Shown: one piece after another, positions 63,069 to 64,000 of the stretch
Layout of the letters: every line of letters starts with the position of its first letter
Numbering within the stretch: the first letter of the stretch is position 1
Assembly: GCA_964453035.1 (NCBI GenBank)
Contig: CAYVOX010000001.1
Coordinates: forward strand, 1,849 to 65,848
DNA from: an uncultured Anaerolineaceae bacterium
GTDB taxonomy: Bacteria > Chloroflexota > Anaerolineae > Anaerolineales > Anaerolineaceae
Direction: 5' to 3'
Length of the DNA: 64,000 nucleotides
The notes under the pieces: model-generated
What the model was told of the DNA's origin: nothing
Database searches by the model: none
The model's input: only the letters and a program-made list of their open reading frames with translations
Translations under genes and position numbers: made by a program

Positions 63069-64000
63069 TTATCCGGTGGTTGCTGCCAGTGTGACTTCAA
63101 GCTCAATCTGTCTCGTCCCCCTCATCAAGATAAATTTCAGAGTCTCTCCCGGCGCATAGTTAAACAGCGCATTAAGATATTGGTGGGTTTCATCCAGATC
63201 AATTGACCCGACCTTAATGATGATATCACCTTCCTGAATTCCGGCTTTCGTCGCCGGGCTGCCCGCGTCAACATCAGTCACGTAAGCACCCCACTCCACC
63301 GGCAGGCCAAAACGCTGCGCCAGCGAAGGATCAATCGACTGCGTTGTTACGCCCACATAAGGGCGCGTGACAAAACCCTTCTCGATAATCCGGGCTGCCA
63401 CCTCTTGAGCAGTGCTGGATGGCACTGCAAAACCTAATCCTTCAACCACTGTCGAAGAAGAACCGCTTCCACGCACAATCATCGTATTGATTCCGATGAC
63501 CTGCCCGGCCAGGTTGATGAGCGGACCGCCTGAATTACCCTGGTTGATGGCTGCGTCAGTCTGGATTAATCCGTCCATAGTATAGCCATCGCCCGTATCC
63601 AGGCTGCGACCAGTGGCGCTCACCACGCCCACAGTCACCGAATTCATAAAGTCACCCAGAGGCGAGCCAATCGCAATCACCGATTCACCCCGCTTTAGAG
63701 TATTGGAATTTCCCAGCGTTGCCACAGCGGGCATTTCGCCCTCCGCCTTTAATACCGCCAGGTCAGAGTAAGCGTCCGTACCGATGAGCTTCGCGGGTTG
63801 CTCTGAGCCGTTTGCCAGGATGACTGAATACTCGCTTCCGCCTTCAACAACATGATTATTGGTCAAGATGTACCCTTCCGCCGAAATAATCACGCCCGAA
63901 CCGCTCGATGTGCCGCCCGTGATGACCCTGAATCCCATGCGCCGGTCTGGAATCTTGGTTAATACCGTCACAACTGCAGGTCCAACCTGATCAACCACCT
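63069..64000 (-). CDS. htrA: HtrA/DegP-family serine protease with C-terminal PDZ domain (N-terminus outside window)
   Basis: The ORF is open to the window edge. Trypsin-like motifs TNNHVV, DLAVLK and GNSGGPL, plus the PDZ segment GSPATKAGIQEGDIIIKVG. Confidence 0.85.
   Translation of the reverse strand, partial: VVDQVGPAVVTVLTKIPDRRMGFRVITGGTSSGSGVIISAEGYILTNNHVVEGGSEYSVILANGSEQPAKLIGTDAYSDLAVLKAEGEMPAVATLGNSNTLKRGESVIAIGSPLGDFMNSVTVGVVSATGRSLDTGDGYTMDGLIQTDAAINQGNSGGPLINLAGQVIGINTMIVRGSGSSSTVVEGLGFAVPSSTAQEVAARIIEKGFVTRPYVGVTTQSIDPSLAQRFGLPVEWGAYVTDVDAGSPATKAGIQEGDIIIKVGSIDLDETHQYLNALFNYAPGETLKFILMRGTRQIELEVTLAATTG

Overview
This is a 64-kb chromosomal window of moderately high GC. The protein sequences look like a Chloroflexota (Anaerolineae-like) genome; that assignment is an inference. 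I call about 55 CDS and one tRNA-Leu(CAG). I found no rRNA, CRISPR array, IS element or intact prophage.

Layout:
- 1-5.4 kb: housekeeping genes (clpP 3' end, HAD phosphatase, rlmN, ftsY, prfB with the classical CTT TGA C +1 frameshift, pfkA).
- 5.5-10.1 kb: a heteromeric flavoprotein dehydrogenase pair plus an Ldh_2-family reductase.
- 10.4-12.4 kb: HAD phosphatase and GH1 beta-glucosidase.
- 12.7-15.8 kb: a MerR regulator and a VIT-vWA protein, behind a consensus promoter carrying three copies of a 12-mer.
- 15.9-23.9 kb: relA/spoT, VKOR plus a hyperacidic Cys4 mini-protein, a Tat-signal DUF362 protein plus a membrane polyferredoxin, and three zinc-ribbon/SH3 membrane proteins.
- 24.0-48.7 kb: 20 minus-strand genes in a row with almost no gaps. 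In transcription order: amidohydrolase, adenine deaminase, GntR, PyrB-like and YgeW-like carbamoyltransferases, carbamate kinase, BMP-type ABC transporter, ThrC-like enzyme, GT2, long PLP enzyme, unknown protein, dihydropyrimidinase/hydantoinase, three complex-I/Mrp antiporter-like membrane proteins, coiled-coil protein, SelB.
- 48.8-64 kb: folD, ugd, a STAS/RsbW/multi-GAF-PP2C partner-switching set, tRNA-Leu, a histidine kinase, LysM and LCP envelope proteins, a low-GC DUF2726 gene, a Xer-like protein, and the htrA 3' end.

Best candidates for undescribed biology:
- The carbamate kinase with two different carbamoyltransferases, embedded in nucleobase-catabolic genes.
- The orphan three-gene antiporter-like module.
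- Two apparent pseudo-enzymes: a Xer-like protein with no catalytic Tyr, and a histidine kinase whose H-box His is Gln.
- The VKOR plus acidic Cys4 protein pair.

All functional calls come from reading motifs by eye. No database search was run.
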